From the NCBI GenBank assembly GCA_963716815.1, contig CAVQUM010000003.1:261320-325319 (forward strand): DNA of 64,000 nucleotides, written 5' to 3'. Below are positions 21,992-34,322 of this stretch, piece by piece (positions within the stretch are counted from its first letter, which is position 1; the number at the start of each line of letters is the position of its first letter). The notes under the pieces are model-generated. The model saw only the letters and a list, made by a program, of their open reading frames with translations. It did no database searches and was not told the DNA's origin. The translations under genes were made by a program, and so were the position numbers. Origin of the DNA: an uncultured Chloroflexia bacterium (GTDB taxonomy: Bacteria > Chloroflexota > Limnocylindria > Limnocylindrales > CSP1-4).

Positions 21992-22936
21992 ATGACGCAC
22001 GACGGTGGTACGGCGGCGAGCACATCCGAGGCCCCGCGCGACCTGGTCGTGGCCATCGACGCGTACGCCGACTACCTCCGCGTCGAGCGCGGCCTGGCCG
22101 CTGCCACCATCCGCGCCTACGACACCGACCTGCGACTCTTCGGCCAGGAGGCTCCTGGCATCGAGCGCTGGTCCAGCTCACCCGACCCGGCACGTGACTA
22201 CCTCGGCGCCATGACCCGGCCGCCGCGCACCCTGCGGCCGAACAGCCTGCGGCGCAAGGCGGCCTCGATCCGTGCCTTCTACCGCTTCTGCTACGCGGAG
22301 GAGCTGATCGAGGCCGACGTCGCCGCGCTCATCGACCTGCCTCGCCAGATGCAGCGGCTGCCCGACACCCTCGACCAGGCAGAGGTCGTGCGCCTGCTCG
22401 AGGCCGCCGGCGGTGATGACCTGCTGGGCCGGCGCGACCGGGCGCTGCTGGAGCTGCTCTATGCCGCGGGGCTGCGCATCAGCGAGGCCCTGCAGCTCGA
22501 TCGCGGGGACCTCGCGGGCCGAGGCTTCGTGCGCGTCATCGGCAAGGGCGACAAGGAGCGACTGGTACCGGTGGGGGACATCGCGGTCGCGGCCGTCGCG
22601 GCCTACCTCGCGGAGCGCGACCGGCTCAGCCACGATGTCGATGAGACCCTGCGGGGTCGTGAGCCGCTCTTCCTCTCGATCCGTGGCCGACGGCTCGAAC
22701 GCATGTCTGCCTGGCGCATCATGCGCGCCGCCGCGCTGCGGGCCGGGTTGAGCGAACGTGTCACGCCGCACACGTTGCGGCATAGTTTCGCTACACACCT
22801 GCTCGAGGGCGGGGCCGACCTGCGCGTGGTGCAGGAACTCCTCGGCCACGCCAGCATCACCACTACCCAGCTGTACACGCACATCACCGGAGAACGCATC
22901 CGCCAGGTCTACGCACGGGCTCACCCGCGCGCCTGA
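21992..22936 (+). CDS. xerD: Tyrosine recombinase XerD/XerC type
   Basis: 314 aa with 'RDRALLELLYAAGLRISE', 'HTLRHSFATHLLEGGADLRVVQELLGHASITTTQLYTH'. It sits in a housekeeping context next to nadK and scpAB. Confidence 0.85.
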   Translation: MTHDGGTAASTSEAPRDLVVAIDAYADYLRVERGLAAATIRAYDTDLRLFGQEAPGIERWSSSPDPARDYLGAMTRPPRTLRPNSLRRKAASIRAFYRFCYAEELIEADVAALIDLPRQMQRLPDTLDQAEVVRLLEAAGGDDLLGRRDRALLELLYAAGLRISEALQLDRGDLAGRGFVRVIGKGDKERLVPVGDIAVAAVAAYLAERDRLSHDVDETLRGREPLFLSIRGRRLERMSAWRIMRAAALRAGLSERVTPHTLRHSFATHLLEGGADLRVVQELLGHASITTTQLYTHITGERIRQVYARAHPRA

Positions 22937-22955
22937 CGGGGAAGGAGAGAGCCGT

Positions 22956-23757
22956 ATGGGAACGTACGCCGAATCGCTGCTCACGCCCGACGAGCGGGTG
23001 CTCCGGCGCGAGCGCCAGCATCCGATCGCGCTCATCGCCGACAGCTGGCCGGCCATCATCGTCTGGGGCATCACCATCGTGCTCATCGTCGCCCGCCTCA
23101 TCGTGCCCGACGATGTCATGGGCCGGAACCTCTTTGGTGACGACACGCTCATCGGCTCGCTGGGCATGGCCGCCACGCTCTTCACCCTGTTGCTGGGCAT
23201 CGCCATCGTGGCCTGGCGTTGGTGGTGGTGGCGGACGCAGGAGTTCCTGGTCACCACCTACCGCCTGGTGTTGGCCTGGGGCGTCATCAACAAGTCGGCG
23301 TCGGACAGCTCGCTGGAGAAGATCAATGACGCCCAACTCGAGATCAGCTGGCTCGGCCGTATCCTCGACTACGGCCACCTCGAGGTGCTCACCGCGGCCC
23401 CGATCCAGGGCGCTGACATGCTCCACCGACTCCACCACGCCAAGGACTTCAAGAAGGCCATGATGACGGCCAAGCACGACCTCCAGACCGGGGGCGGCAA
23501 CGGTGACGATTACGGCGCGTCCGCCAAATCGCCCGCACCCACGCGTGCGCCTGCGTCCTCGCCCGCGGCCCAGGCGACCTACGGCCGAGGCGACCGCCAA
23601 GCGTATCGACGTCTCCGGTGGCGACGACCCGACCAAGGCCGACACGCCCGAAGAGGTCAGCGCTGTGCTCGAGGAGCTGGCCCGCCTGCGCGACGCCGGC
23701 ACCATCAACGCCGAGGAGTACGAGGCCAAGAAGACCGAACTGCTCGGGCGCCTGTGA
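22956..23757 (+). CDS. Membrane protein with a bacterial PH domain (YdbS/YdbT-like) and a C-terminal SHOCT motif
   Basis: RBS ggaaggagag precedes the ATG at 22956. Two TMs are followed by 'EFLVTTYRLVLAWGVINKSASDSSLEKINDAQLE'. After a frame break near 23575 the sequence reads 'VLEELARLRDAGTINAEEYEAKKTELLGRL*'. Confidence 0.65.
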
Positions 23758-23797
23758 TCAGGCAGATCGACGCCTGCGGGCAGACGATTGACGCCTG

Positions 23798-24556
23798 ATG
23801 GACCAGAACACCGTCCAGGCGCTCTTCTCCGCTTTCATCGTGGTGGCGGTGATGCTGCTCGTCGGGTTCCCCGTGCACGAGGCGCTGCACGCGTGGACCG
23901 CGCAACGGCTCGGCGACAACACCGCCCGTTGGATGGGCCGGGTCACGCTCGACCCACGCGCGCACTTCGACCAGACCGGCGGTCTCATCCTGGGCATCAC
24001 CGCGGTGCTCAATGCGCTGGGCGTCTTCGGCCTGCTGTTCGGCTACGCCAAACCCACCCCGGTGAACCCGGCCAACATGCGGCACGGACGCCAGGGCCAT
24101 GCCCTCGTGGCCTTCGCCGGCCCGGCCAGCAATATCGTCATCGCCCTCATCGTGGCGGTCCCGATGCGGGTCGTGCTCAGCTCCTACGACAGCTACCGCT
24201 TCGTCGTCGACAATCCGCTGGGCAGCCTCTTCTGGCAGGTCGGCTCGCTGCTGCTGGTGCTCAACATCCTGCTCTTCATCTTCAACCTCATCCCCATCCC
24301 CCCGCTCGATGGCTGGGCCGTGCTCAAGGGCATCGTGCCCACGCCGACGGCGCGTCAGCTGGAAGACCTCGAGTTCCGCTACGCCAACATGATCCCGATG
24401 CTCTTCTTCGGCGTGTTGCTCGTGATCTGGATCGGCGGGGGCGGCTTCCTGGGTACGCTCATCTACGGCATCGCGCGACCTGCTGCTGGGCATCTGAGGT
24501 GCGTTGGTGGTCGACCAAGGTGCGGCAGACCGCACGCCATCTCCTGGGCCGCGTGA
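23798..24556 (+). CDS. Site-2 protease family (M50) membrane metalloprotease
   Basis: Contains 'HEALHAW' (HExxH) and 'NLIPIPPLDG'. The 3' end is uncertain. A 1-nt shift near 24478 would end it at 24497 ('...IYGIARLLLGI*'), immediately before the next start. Confidence 0.75.
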   Translation: MDQNTVQALFSAFIVVAVMLLVGFPVHEALHAWTAQRLGDNTARWMGRVTLDPRAHFDQTGGLILGITAVLNALGVFGLLFGYAKPTPVNPANMRHGRQGHALVAFAGPASNIVIALIVAVPMRVVLSSYDSYRFVVDNPLGSLFWQVGSLLLVLNILLFIFNLIPIPPLDGWAVLKGIVPTPTARQLEDLEFRYANMIPMLFFGVLLVIWIGGGGFLGTLIYGIARPAAGHLRCVGGRPRCGRPHAISWAA

Positions 24557-24990
24557 GTCCCGCCGAGCGGGCCGGACTTCGCGCCTGGTTGGAGCCACCT
24601 CAGCTGGCGCTCTTCGATTCGATGCATCGTGCCGACCAGCGCCACGGCCTCGACGTCATGGGTCTGCTGCGTGACGAGGGTTTCGACGACCGCGAGCTGC
24701 TGCTGGCGGCGTTGCTGCACGACTGCTCCAAGGGGCCGGAGACGCGCCTGCCGCACCGCGTCGCATGGTCGCTCGCAGAACGCTACGGTGAGGGGGTGCT
24801 GACCGTCCTGGCCAGGCTGCCCGGGTTCGATGCGGCCTTCGAGCGGCTGCGCCGTCACGCCGACGACTCCGCCCGCCTTGCGCTCGAGGCCGGCTGCAGC
24901 GAACGCACCGCCGCACTCATCCGCGAGCAGGCCGCACCTACCGACCCGGCCGCGGGTGCTGCGCTCAGGGCCGCCGATGAGGCATCCTGA
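24499..24990 (+). CDS. HD-domain protein (hypothetical phosphohydrolase)
   Basis: GTG at 24499. It contains 'DQRHGLDV' and 'LLAALLHDCSKG'. Confidence 0.55.
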   Translation: MRWWSTKVRQTARHLLGRVSPAERAGLRAWLEPPQLALFDSMHRADQRHGLDVMGLLRDEGFDDRELLLAALLHDCSKGPETRLPHRVAWSLAERYGEGVLTVLARLPGFDAAFERLRRHADDSARLALEAGCSERTAALIREQAAPTDPAAGAALRAADEAS

Positions 24991-25014
24991 GACCCAGCAT
25001 GGAACGACCCGCCG

Positions 25015-25868
25015 ATGACTGACACGATCGTCCGTCTACCGCAGGCCCGCGAGATCGGGGTCTCGGTGCTGCCGCCGCTGCGCCAGCCCGTGCGTGGCGA
25101 CACCAGCGTCCGCTTCACCGACACCGACCATCCCGACCGTGCGGCCCACGTCGCGGTCGAAGGCTTCGAGGGTCCGCTCGGTCTCTTGCTCGGCCTCATC
25201 GAACAGCGCGAGCTGGACATCCTCGAGGTACCGCTGGGCGACCTCGCGGGAGCCTACCTGGAGGCACTGGCCTCGCTCGACGAGGAGCAGATGTCACACA
25301 TCAGCTCGTTCGTGACCGTCGCCAGCCAGCTCATCCTGGTCAAGAGCCGCGCCATCCTGCCCCGTCCGCCGGTCGTCGCCATCCCCGTGGAGGAGGGCCC
25401 CGACCCGGAGGCGGCCCTGCGCGAGCGACTCATCCTCTACCGCCTCTACCGCGACGCCGGCCGGGACCTCAAGGGTCGGCTCGAGAGCAGCTGGGAGGTC
25501 TTCCGCCGCGAGCCCATCGCGGCAGGAGCCTCGGCCAAGGCCGGCTCGCGGCCGGACGAGGGGCCGCCGCTGGACCCCGCGGTCCTGGTCGAGGCGCTCA
25601 CCCGTACCCTGCACCAGGCACCACCGCCGCCGACGCCACCGGAGGTCGTGCCCCGGCTCGTCACTCTCGAGGAGCGGGCCGCGATCATCCGCGCAGCGCT
25701 GACCGATACGCCCGTGGTCGTGCTGCAGGACCTGCTCGAGGACCTGACCGACCGGGTCGTGGTGACTATCACCTTCCTGGCCATGCTGGAACTGGTCAAG
25801 AACAACGAGCTGTCGGTCGAGCAGGAGCAGCCCTTCGGTCCCATCGTCTGCCGCTCGGTGGCGGCCTC

Positions 25869-25872
<4 letters not shown>
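25015..25872 (+). CDS. scpA: Segregation and condensation protein A
   Basis: 285 aa with 'VEGFEGPLGLLLGLIEQRELDILEVPLGDLAGAYL' and 'ITFLAMLELVKN'. Confidence 0.9.
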
Positions 25873-26583
<711 letters not shown>

Positions 26584-26591
<8 letters not shown>

Positions 26592-27348
26592 ACCGGTCCG
26601 CGTGCAGAAGGCGCTTGCCGATGCCGGCGTGGCCTCCCGTCGTGGAGCGGACGCGTTGGTCGGCGCCGGTCGCGTGACCGTCAACGGCGAGGTCGCGGTC
26701 ACCGGCCAGCGGGTGGACCCTGCGGTCGACGCCCTCGCGGTCGACGGCCGTCCCATCGTGCCCGTCCGCACGCGTACGTACCTCGCGCTGCACAAGCCTG
26801 CCGGCGTGACCAGCACCGTCAGCGACCGTCACGCGGAGCAGACCGTGCTCGACCTGGTGCCGCCGGAACTGCGCGCCACGCGCCTCTACCCGGTCGGGCG
26901 CCTGGACAAGGACTCCGAGGGCCTCATCCTGCTCACCGATGACGGCGACTGGACCCAGGGCCTGCTGCATCCCCGCTACGGGGTCGAGCGGGAGTACGCC
27001 ATCGGCCTGCGCCTGCCGCTGGGGGCCGCCCAGGCGGAGCAGCTCAGCGCCGGTATCGAGCTCGACGAGGGCCTGGCCACGCTGGTCTCGCTGCGCCAGG
27101 CCTCGCGCCTCGAGGGGGCGCGGCTCGAGGGCGCGCGGGAAGCCTCGCTGGCCTGGTACCACGGGGTCCTGACCCAGGGCTGGAAACGACAGCTGCGGCG
27201 CATGTTCGCGGCGGTGGGCACGCCCGTGGAGCGACTCGTGCGCGTGCGCATCGGCACGCTTCGCCTGGGCGACCTCGCACCGGGCGCCGTGCGTCCGCTG
27301 AGCGCCGCCGAACGCGAGCGACTGACCGCGACCAGGAGCGGCCGGTGA
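26584..27348 (+). CDS. rluB: Pseudouridine synthase, RluB/RsuA family, with an S4 domain
   Basis: ATG at 26584. It contains 'VQKALADAGVASRRGADALVGAGRVTVNG' and 'YPVGRLDKDSEGLILLTDDG'. Confidence 0.85.
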
Positions 27349-28032
27349 GCGGTCTGACGGTCGCCCTTGACGGGCCCGGCTCCAGCGGCAAGTCGTCGGT
27401 CGGCGCCGCAGCGGCGGCGCGGCTGGGCTACCGCTTCCTTGACACCGGCGTGGTCTACCGCGCCATCACGCTCGCGGCCGTGGTGCGCGGCATCGAGCCC
27501 ACCGACGGGGAGGCGCTGGCGGCGGTGGTGCCCCAGATCGGGCTGCTGGCCGACGACGCCGGCGCCTTGCGTCGCGTGACGCTGGCCGGCGAGGAGGTCA
27601 CCGGCCGCATCCACGTGCCCGAGGTCGACCGCGACGTCAGCGCGGTCTCGGCCCAGCCGGAGCTACGCGCGGCACTGCTGGACCTGCAGCGCGAGATCGC
27701 CGCGCCGGGTTCGGTCATCCTCGCCGGCCGCGACATCGGGACGGTGGTGCTGCCCGACGCCGATCTGAAGCTGTTCCTGGAGGTCTCTGCCCAGGAGCGG
27801 GCGCGCCGGCGGGCTGAGGAGCGCGGCCTGGACCCGGACTCCGAGGAGGCCGCGCGCATCCTCGCCGAGCTGCAGCGGCGCGACCACCTCGACGGCAGCC
27901 GCAAGGTCGGCACCCATGCGGGTGCCCCACGATGCGGTCATCGTCCGCTCGGATGGCCTCGACTTCGAGCAGGCCGTGGAGCAGGTCGTGGCCATCATCA
28001 GCGAGCGAGCAGGGCAGGGGATAGACACATGA
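27345..28032 (+). CDS. cmk: Cytidylate kinase
   Basis: Contains 'VALDGPGSSGKSS' and 'GRDIGTVVLPDADLKLFL'. After a frame break near 27909 it ends '...DAVIVRSDGLDFEQAVEQVVAIISERAGQGIDT*'. Confidence 0.88.
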
Positions 28033-28709
28033 GCGACGACTTCCAGGCCATGTCGGCATATCCCACGTTCATCGCGGGACTGTGCCGCTTCGGCCTGCAG
28101 GCTATCGGGCGGGTCAAGGTCAAGGGCCTCGACGACCTGCCCCAGGAGGGGCCGCTCATCCTCGCTGCCAACCACATGAGCAACGTGGATCCGCCCTTCA
28201 TCGGCGGCTGGCTGGGCCCGGCGCTCGGCCGACGGCCCACGTTCCTGGCCAAGGAGGCGCTCTTCGGCGGTCCCCTCGGCATGCTCATCCGCTCGCTCGG
28301 GGCCGAGCCGGTGAAGGCCGGCGGCAACGACATCGGCGCCTACCGTGTCGCCAAGCGCATCCTCGACCAGGGCGGCGTGGTGGCCGTCCTGCCCGAGGGC
28401 ACGCGCGCCTTCGACGGCGTCATGGCCGAGCCCAAGCCGGGTGTCTCGATGCTGGCCACGCGCACCGGCACGCCGGTGCTGCCGGTGGGCATCAGCGGCA
28501 CCGACGAGCTCCTCGGCCGCGAGCAGGTGCTGCCCAGGATCGGCAGCCGCATCACCCTGCGGGTCGGCCGCCCGTTCCAGCTGACGATCCCACCGGGCGT
28601 GGACCGGCGCGAAGCCCTGGCCGCCGCTGACGAGGAGCTGATGCGCCGCATCGCGGCGCTCGTGGAACCCCGACACCGTGGCCGCTGGGAGCCCTGGCCC
28701 GAGGCGTAG
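28029..28709 (+). CDS. plsC: 1-acyl-sn-glycerol-3-phosphate acyltransferase family
   Basis: Contains 'ANHMSNVDP' (HX4D) and 'VLPEGTRAF'. Its ATG overlaps the cmk stop (ATGA). Confidence 0.82.
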   Translation: MSDDFQAMSAYPTFIAGLCRFGLQAIGRVKVKGLDDLPQEGPLILAANHMSNVDPPFIGGWLGPALGRRPTFLAKEALFGGPLGMLIRSLGAEPVKAGGNDIGAYRVAKRILDQGGVVAVLPEGTRAFDGVMAEPKPGVSMLATRTGTPVLPVGISGTDELLGREQVLPRIGSRITLRVGRPFQLTIPPGVDRREALAAADEELMRRIAALVEPRHRGRWEPWPEA

Positions 28710-28782
28710 GTCGGTCGCAGGGTTCGGTGCCCACGCGCGGTCGCAGGCCAACTAGTAGCGCCGATGCGATACTTGCGCTCCC

Positions 28783-29730
28783 ATGGGTTCCGTCACCGAG
28801 GTCCGTATCGCTCGCCGCACCGGTTTCTGCTATGGCGTGCGCGAAGCCATCGACGCTGCGCGCCTCAGCGCGGCCGAGGGCAAGACCACGCACACGCTCG
28901 GCCAGGTCGTGCACAACGAGGGCGTCAACGCCAAGCTGCGTGACGAGGGCGTGGTGCCAGTCAAGGCGCTCGCCGAGGTCGAGGACGGGAGCTCGGTCGT
29001 CATCCGCGCCCACGGCGTGACCCCGGAGGTCATGGGCGCGGCGCACGAGCGGGGGCTGGACGTCATCGACGGCACCTGCAGCTGGGTGACCCAGGAGCAG
29101 AAGGAGCTGGCCGCCTTGGTCGAGGAGGGCTACACGGTCGTGCTGTTGGGCACGCCCAACCATCCCGAGGTCGTGGGCCTGCTCGGCTTCGCACCCGACG
29201 CCATCCTCGTCGACGAGGAGGCGGACTGGGGCAGTATCCCCCGACGCAAGCGCATGGCCCTGCTCACGCAGTCGACCCAGCCGCCGTGGAAGTTCGAGCG
29301 GCTCGCCGGCTACCTCACCACCCGTGCGCACGAGCTCAAGATCGTCAACACCGTCTGCCCCGTGACCATCCGCCGGCAGCAGGACACCACGGACCTGGCC
29401 CAAGCCGTGGACCTCGTCGTCGTGGTCGGCGGCCGCAACAGCGCCAACACCCGGGAGCTCACGCGCCTCGTCGGCATCGTCGGCAAGCGCGCGCTGCAGA
29501 TCGAGCACGCGAGCGACTTGGAGGACGCCGACGCGTTCGCGGACGTCGGGCTCGTCGGTGTCACCGGCGGCACGTCGACACCCATCGAAGACCTGCAGGC
29601 CGTGGCCGCACGCATCTACGAGCTCGCGGGCGCGGGCGATACGCCGGCGCGGGCGGCGGAGCTGGCGCGGGCAGCCGTCACCGAGGTCGCCGAGTCGCCC
29701 TACCGCACCAGCTCGCTGGACGCTGCCTGA
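28783..29730 (+). CDS. ispH: 4-hydroxy-3-methylbut-2-enyl diphosphate reductase
   Basis: 315 aa with '[10 protein letters not shown]', 'GQVVHNEGV', 'CSWVTQEQ' and '[14 protein letters not shown]'. Confidence 0.92.
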   Translation: MGSVTEVRIARRTGFCYGVREAIDAARLSAAEGKTTHTLGQVVHNEGVNAKLRDEGVVPVKALAEVEDGSSVVIRAHGVTPEVMGAAHERGLDVIDGTCSWVTQEQKELAALVEEGYTVVLLGTPNHPEVVGLLGFAPDAILVDEEADWGSIPRRKRMALLTQSTQPPWKFERLAGYLTTRAHELKIVNTVCPVTIRRQQDTTDLAQAVDLVVVVGGRNSANTRELTRLVGIVGKRALQIEHASDLEDADAFADVGLVGVTGGTSTPIEDLQAVAARIYELAGAGDTPARAAELARAAVTEVAESPYRTSSLDAA

Positions 29731-29732
29731 CC

Positions 29733-31349
29733 GTGCCCACCCGCCGTGCCCGCCGTCGTCCCCGCAGCGTCGATCGGGATGCGCCCATCAGCGGCTTGCC
29801 CGTGGTGGCGGTCGTCGGCCGTCCGAACGTAGGCAAGTCCACGCTCTTCAACCGCATCGTGGGCGAACGCAAGGCCATCGTCGAGGATCGCGCGCGCACG
29901 ACGCGGGACCGGCTCTACGGGGTGGCCGAGTGGAACGGCCGACGCTACGTGGTCATCGATACCGGCGGCATGGAGATCGACCCCGGCGACGCCATCGAGG
30001 AACGGGTCCAGGACCAGGCCCGCCTGGCCATCGAGGAGGCCGACGTCATCGTCTTCGTGGTCGATGCCGCGATCGGTCAGACACCGGCCGACCAGGAGGT
30101 GGCCGAGACGCTGCGCCGCGCCGAGGCGCCGGTGATCATGGCCATCAACAAGGCCGACAACGAGAGGCTGGAGTTGCAGGGCCACGAGTTCCTGCAACTG
30201 GGCTGGGAGGACTGGTACGCGGTCAGTGCGCTCCACGGACGCGGCAGCGGCGACCTGCTCGACGCCATCGTGGAGGCTCTGCCGGAGGAATCGTTCGAGG
30301 AGCTCGAGCGCAAGCGGCGTGAGACCCAGGCCGATGAACTCGCGGCGTCGATCGACGAAGGCATCATCCCCGAGGAGCTCGAGGCCGAAGCAGCAGCAGA
30401 AGAGGGCGCGGAGGGCGTGGACCTCACCGGCGGGGCCTGGTTCGATGAGGACGCACCCGTGCCTCGCGTGGCCATCGTGGGCCGGCCCAACGTGGGCAAG
30501 TCATCGCTGCTCAATCAGCTCCTGGGCGAGGAGCGCGCCATCGTCAGCGACATCCCCGGCACCACCCGCGATGCCATCGATACCACGCTCGGGTGGCAGG
30601 GCCACGAGGTGCGACTCGTCGACACCGCCGGCCTGCGCCGGCGGGGCAAGGTGGCCGCAGGACCGGCCGCTGAGCGCTACTCGGCCGTGCGCGCGCTCAA
30701 GGCCATCGGCCGCGCCGACGTCTGCGTCCTCGTGCTCGATGCCCAGGACGGCCTGGCTGCCCAGGACGCTCACGTGGCGGGTTACGTCGTGGACGAAGGC
30801 GTCGGCCTGGTCCTGGCCATCAACAAGTGGGACCTCGTGGAGAAGGACGACAAGACCTTCGAGGAGTACGTCGCCCGCATCCGCCGGCAGGCACCGTTCC
30901 TGCACTTCGCGCCCGTGGTGGCCATCAGCGCCCTCACCGGCCAGCGCGCCGGCCGCGTGCTCGACGAGGCCCTGACCATCGCTGCCGAACGCCGTCGGCG
31001 AGTGCCCACCCCGCGCCTCAACAAGATCCTCTCCGAAGCCGTCGCGCGGCACCAGCCACCCGCGGTCAAGGGTCGCCGGCCGCGCTTCTACTACGCCACC
31101 CAGGCCGCCATCGAACCGCCTACCTTCGTGCTCTTCGCCGCCGATGCACATTCGGTGCACTTCTCGTACGAGCGCTTCCTCGAGAACCGCATCCGCGACG
31201 CCTTCGATTTCGAGGGCACGCCACTGCGCCTCATCTTCCGCGAGCGCTCCAAGGTCCGGCTCGAGCCCAAGAAGCGCAAGACCAAGGTCGCGGCCAAGCC
31301 CAGGGGCAAGAGCAAGCCGACCAAGAAGTCGAAGCGCAAGGGTTCCTGA
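29733..31349 (+). CDS. der: Ribosome-associated GTPase Der/EngA
   Basis: GTG at 29733. It has two G domains ('[13 protein letters not shown]' and '[13 protein letters not shown]'), a KH-like C-terminus and a Lys-rich tail. Confidence 0.92.
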   Translation: MPTRRARRRPRSVDRDAPISGLPVVAVVGRPNVGKSTLFNRIVGERKAIVEDRARTTRDRLYGVAEWNGRRYVVIDTGGMEIDPGDAIEERVQDQARLAIEEADVIVFVVDAAIGQTPADQEVAETLRRAEAPVIMAINKADNERLELQGHEFLQLGWEDWYAVSALHGRGSGDLLDAIVEALPEESFEELERKRRETQADELAASIDEGIIPEELEAEAAAEEGAEGVDLTGGAWFDEDAPVPRVAIVGRPNVGKSSLLNQLLGEERAIVSDIPGTTRDAIDTTLGWQGHEVRLVDTAGLRRRGKVAAGPAAERYSAVRALKAIGRADVCVLVLDAQDGLAAQDAHVAGYVVDEGVGLVLAINKWDLVEKDDKTFEEYVARIRRQAPFLHFAPVVAISALTGQRAGRVLDEALTIAAERRRRVPTPRLNKILSEAVARHQPPAVKGRRPRFYYATQAAIEPPTFVLFAADAHSVHFSYERFLENRIRDAFDFEGTPLRLIFRERSKVRLEPKKRKTKVAAKPRGKSKPTKKSKRKGS

Positions 31350-32368
31350 TGTCCGCCGGTGGGCCGACGCTCGCCGTCGTCGGCGCGGGCGCCTGGGGCA
31401 CGACACTCGCGACCCTGCTCTCCAAGGCCGCCCCGGTGACACTGCTGGCGCGGGACGAGGCGCACGCGGCCACGCTGCGAGCGGACAGCGAGAACCGGCA
31501 CTACCTGCCGGGCGTGCCGCTCGATGCGCGCATCTCCGTCGTCGCCGAACCGGCCGCACTGGCGGACGCGTCGCAGCTGGTCATCTTCGCGGTGCCCTCG
31601 CGAGCCATGCGCTCGACCGCGGCCGTGCTCGCGCCGTCACTGTCTCCCGACGCGGTGCTGCTGTCCGTCGCCAAGGGCATCGAGGCCGGCACGCTGATGC
31701 GCATGACCGAGGTCATCGCCGCGGAGGTACCGGAAGCGGCCGCGCGCGTGGCGGCACTGTCCGGGCCCAACCTCGCCCTGGAGATCTCGCGCGGGTTGCC
31801 GGCGGCGGCCGTGGTCGCGGCGGTGGACGACGCGGTCAGCCGGCGAGTCGTGGAACTGCTCGGCGGACGCACCTTCCGCCTCTACCGCAACCGCGACCTC
31901 GTCGGCGTCGAGCTGGCGGGCGCGCTCAAGAACATCGTGGCCATCGTGGCCGGTGCCGTCGACGAGCTGGGCGCGGGCGACAACGCCAAGGCCGCCATCA
32001 CCACGCGCGGCCTCGCGGAGGTGACCCGCCTCGGTGCCGCCATGGGCGCCAATCCGCTGACGTTCGCCGGCCTCGCGGGCATCGGCGACATCCTGGCCAC
32101 CTCCACCTCGGCCCTCTCGCGCAACCACCGTCTGGGTGTGGAGCTGGCCTCGGGCCGATCCTGGAGCCAGATCGAGGGTACGCTGCCGGGCGTGGCCGAA
32201 GGTGCCTACACGGTGCAGGCGGCGGTGGCGCTCGCCGAGCGGCACGGCGTAGACCTGCCCATCGCCCGCGAGGTCTACGCGGTGCTCTACGAGGGCAAGG
32301 ATGTCCGCGCCTCGGTCGTCTCGCTGCTCGACCGCGCGTCGAAGGACGAGCTGACCGGAGAGGCATGA
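31349..32368 (+). CDS. gpsA: NAD(P)H-dependent glycerol-3-phosphate dehydrogenase
   Basis: Contains 'VVGAGAWGTTLA', 'GPNLALEI', 'GALKNIVAI' and 'LPGVAEGAYT'. Confidence 0.92.
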   Translation: MSAGGPTLAVVGAGAWGTTLATLLSKAAPVTLLARDEAHAATLRADSENRHYLPGVPLDARISVVAEPAALADASQLVIFAVPSRAMRSTAAVLAPSLSPDAVLLSVAKGIEAGTLMRMTEVIAAEVPEAAARVAALSGPNLALEISRGLPAAAVVAAVDDAVSRRVVELLGGRTFRLYRNRDLVGVELAGALKNIVAIVAGAVDELGAGDNAKAAITTRGLAEVTRLGAAMGANPLTFAGLAGIGDILATSTSALSRNHRLGVELASGRSWSQIEGTLPGVAEGAYTVQAAVALAERHGVDLPIAREVYAVLYEGKDVRASVVSLLDRASKDELTGEA

Positions 32369-33227
32369 GGGTCCATCGTTTCGCCGCACCACTCCTGGCC
32401 GCCGCGCTGGCGGTGACCGCCGTGTCGTGGCCCGCTGCGGCCCAGGACACGGACGCGCCGTTCCCATCGCCGCCGACCGCGCCGTTCGCCGTCCTGCTCG
32501 ACCAGGCTGTCGAGGCCAAGGACGCCACGGAGACGGAGGAGGCTGGTCGAGGGCTGCCGAGGCTGCCGAGGCCAAGGAGACGACTGCGAAGGTCGTGCGC
32601 AAGGGTCGCCGCGCGACCGGGGCCGTGGCCCTGACCTTCGACGACGGCATCAACCGCAGGGCCTGTGCCCGCATCGCCAACGTCCTGCGCGAGCACGATG
32701 TCGTGGGCACCTTCTTCATCAACGGCCAGTGGCTGCAGAAGGCGCCCAACCAGTGGCGGCACATCCTCGAAGGCATGGAGGTGGCCAACCACACCCGCTC
32801 ACATCGCGACCTCACGCGTGAGCCGCATCCGGTGGTCAAGAACCAGATCCGCACCAACCAGTGGATCCACGAGCAGGTGCTGGGCCGGCCCATGCTCAAG
32901 GTCCTGCGGCCGCCGTACGGCGCCTACGGTGAACGCGTCGGACGCATCGCGGCAGCGCTGGGCTACGAGACCATCGCGATGTGGAACGTGGACACCGGCG
33001 ACTGGCGGCCGAGCAGCAAGCCCGGGACCGTCACGCGACGGGCCATCGGCGGACCGCCCGGCTCGATCATCCTCATGCACTGCTCACGCGACGCCACCGT
33101 CAAGGCGCTGCCACGGATCATCAAGCACTACCGCGGTCGTGGCATCGACATCGAGCCGCTGAGCGTGGTCCTCGAGGGCGCACGTGGCGTTGAGGAGGGC
33201 AGCGGCTCGCAGCGCTACGGCAACTGA
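32365..33227 (+). CDS. Secreted polysaccharide deacetylase (NodB homology domain)
   Basis: Signal peptide 'MRVHRFAAPLLAAALAVTAVSWPAAAQ', a frame break near 32548, then 'VALTFDDG', 'ANHTRSHRDL', 'LRPPYGAY' and 'IILMH'. Confidence 0.8.
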
Positions 33228-33360
33228 ACGAGGCCCGAGTCCGCTGCGGTGCGGAGCGGTCGGTTCTGCGCCGGTCCGGTTCCGTACATGTCGCCCATGG
33301 GAAGTCCCGGCCACTTCTGCGACCGTCAGCGGAGACCCGCATCCGCCAAGGAACACGACC

Positions 33361-34175
33361 ATGACCCAGGCAAGTCTGTCGCCGCGCGAGGACCAGGGTG
33401 GGCGCGGAGCCAACGGCTCCGAAGCCGCACTGTGGCTCTTCGGCCTGACCTCGCTCTCGCTCGTCTTTGCCTGCGCTGATGATGCTCGGATTGCTGGCCC
33501 AGGGTGCAGCCGGGGACCCGGCGATCGGTGGCTTCCTGGCCGCGATCGCGGTGGGCATCGCGGCCATCGGCGTGGCCGGGATCGCCTACGTGCTCTCCGT
33601 CGCCAGACGCGCGGGCTACCTCGACTCGGGGATCGTGGCCCGCCCGGCCCGAGCGGTGGAAGCTCCGCCCGAGAACGATGGCTTGCGCGTGGTCGCGGCC
33701 GTCCCGGTCGACCTCGGTCCGGCCAAGCGTCGGGAATTGACTGGATGAGCGGGTCGCCCGCAGCAAGCAGGCACGGGCCATCGCCGCGGCCGAGGAGAAG
33801 CGCCGGAGTGAGCAGTCGCCGGCCGTCAGCGCCCCGCTCCGACCTGCCGCTCCCGTGCGGACACAGGTCATCGCCACGCCTCCCGCGCGGCCAGCTGCCC
33901 ATCCGCCGCAGCCGACCCCGTCGCCGGTGGCCCTCGCTGTGCGCACGCCTTCTCGACCACCCGCTGCGGCGCGCGTGCCGACCCGTCCACCGGTACCCGC
34001 CCGCATGTCGCCCGCACCCGTGCGCCCGACGCCTGCGCCCGTGCGTATGCCCACGCCGATCGTGCGGCCACGGACCCAGGCCGCCCTGTCCCAGATCGCC
34101 AGCGTCAGCACTCGCGCCGGCTGGATGCCCCGCTACCCACGCCCGCTGCCGCCCACGATCGTCCCGAGACGCTGA
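33361..34175 (+). CDS. Hypothetical membrane protein with a charged coil and a Pro-rich tail; reconstruction needs 2 frame shifts
   Basis: The reconstructed reading is 'MTQASL...AALWLFGLTSLSLVF', break near 33465, 'LMMLGLLAQG...FLAAIAVGIAAIGVAGIAYVL', break near 33738, 'LDERVARSKQARAIAAAEEKRRSEQ...PTPSPVALAV...'. It has no homology anchor. Confidence 0.3.
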
Positions 34176-34225
34176 TCCCGCGGAGGACCGGCCGGCGGGA
34201 GGTGCGCTAGACTTCTGGTTCGCGC

Positions 34226-34303
34226 CGGGGCGTGGCGCAGCTTGGTTAGCGCACTTGACTGGGGGTCAAGAGGTCGCTGGTTCGAATCCAGTCGCCCCGA
34301 CCA
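34226..34303 (+). tRNA. tRNA-Pro (anticodon GGG), CCA encoded
   Basis: The cloverleaf can be read directly. The acceptor is CGGGGCG/CGCCCCG, the anticodon stem CTTGA/TCAAG with loop CTGGGGG, the T-loop GGTTCGAATCC, and the 3' end is A-CCA. Confidence 0.92.
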
Positions 34304-34322
34304 CAAATCACTCACGAACTGG

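Noticed and set aside
21992-22936. The tyrosine recombinase as the integrase of a mobile element
   Set aside because: It is full-length XerC/D-like and sits in the conserved nadK ... scpAB chromosome-maintenance neighbourhood. No adjacent att-like repeats or cargo are present, and it is 31 kb from the tRNA-Arg islands.
21153-22936. Absence of recN and pyrG between nadK and xerD as a deletion scar
   Set aside because: Gene order in this region varies between lineages. nadK and xerD abut cleanly (2 nt apart) with no remnants or repeats.
32553-32570. A tandem 9-nt duplication, gctgccgag twice
   Set aside because: It encodes an Ala/Glu low-complexity linker (AEAAEA) in the deacetylase. This is ordinary slippage with no further copies.
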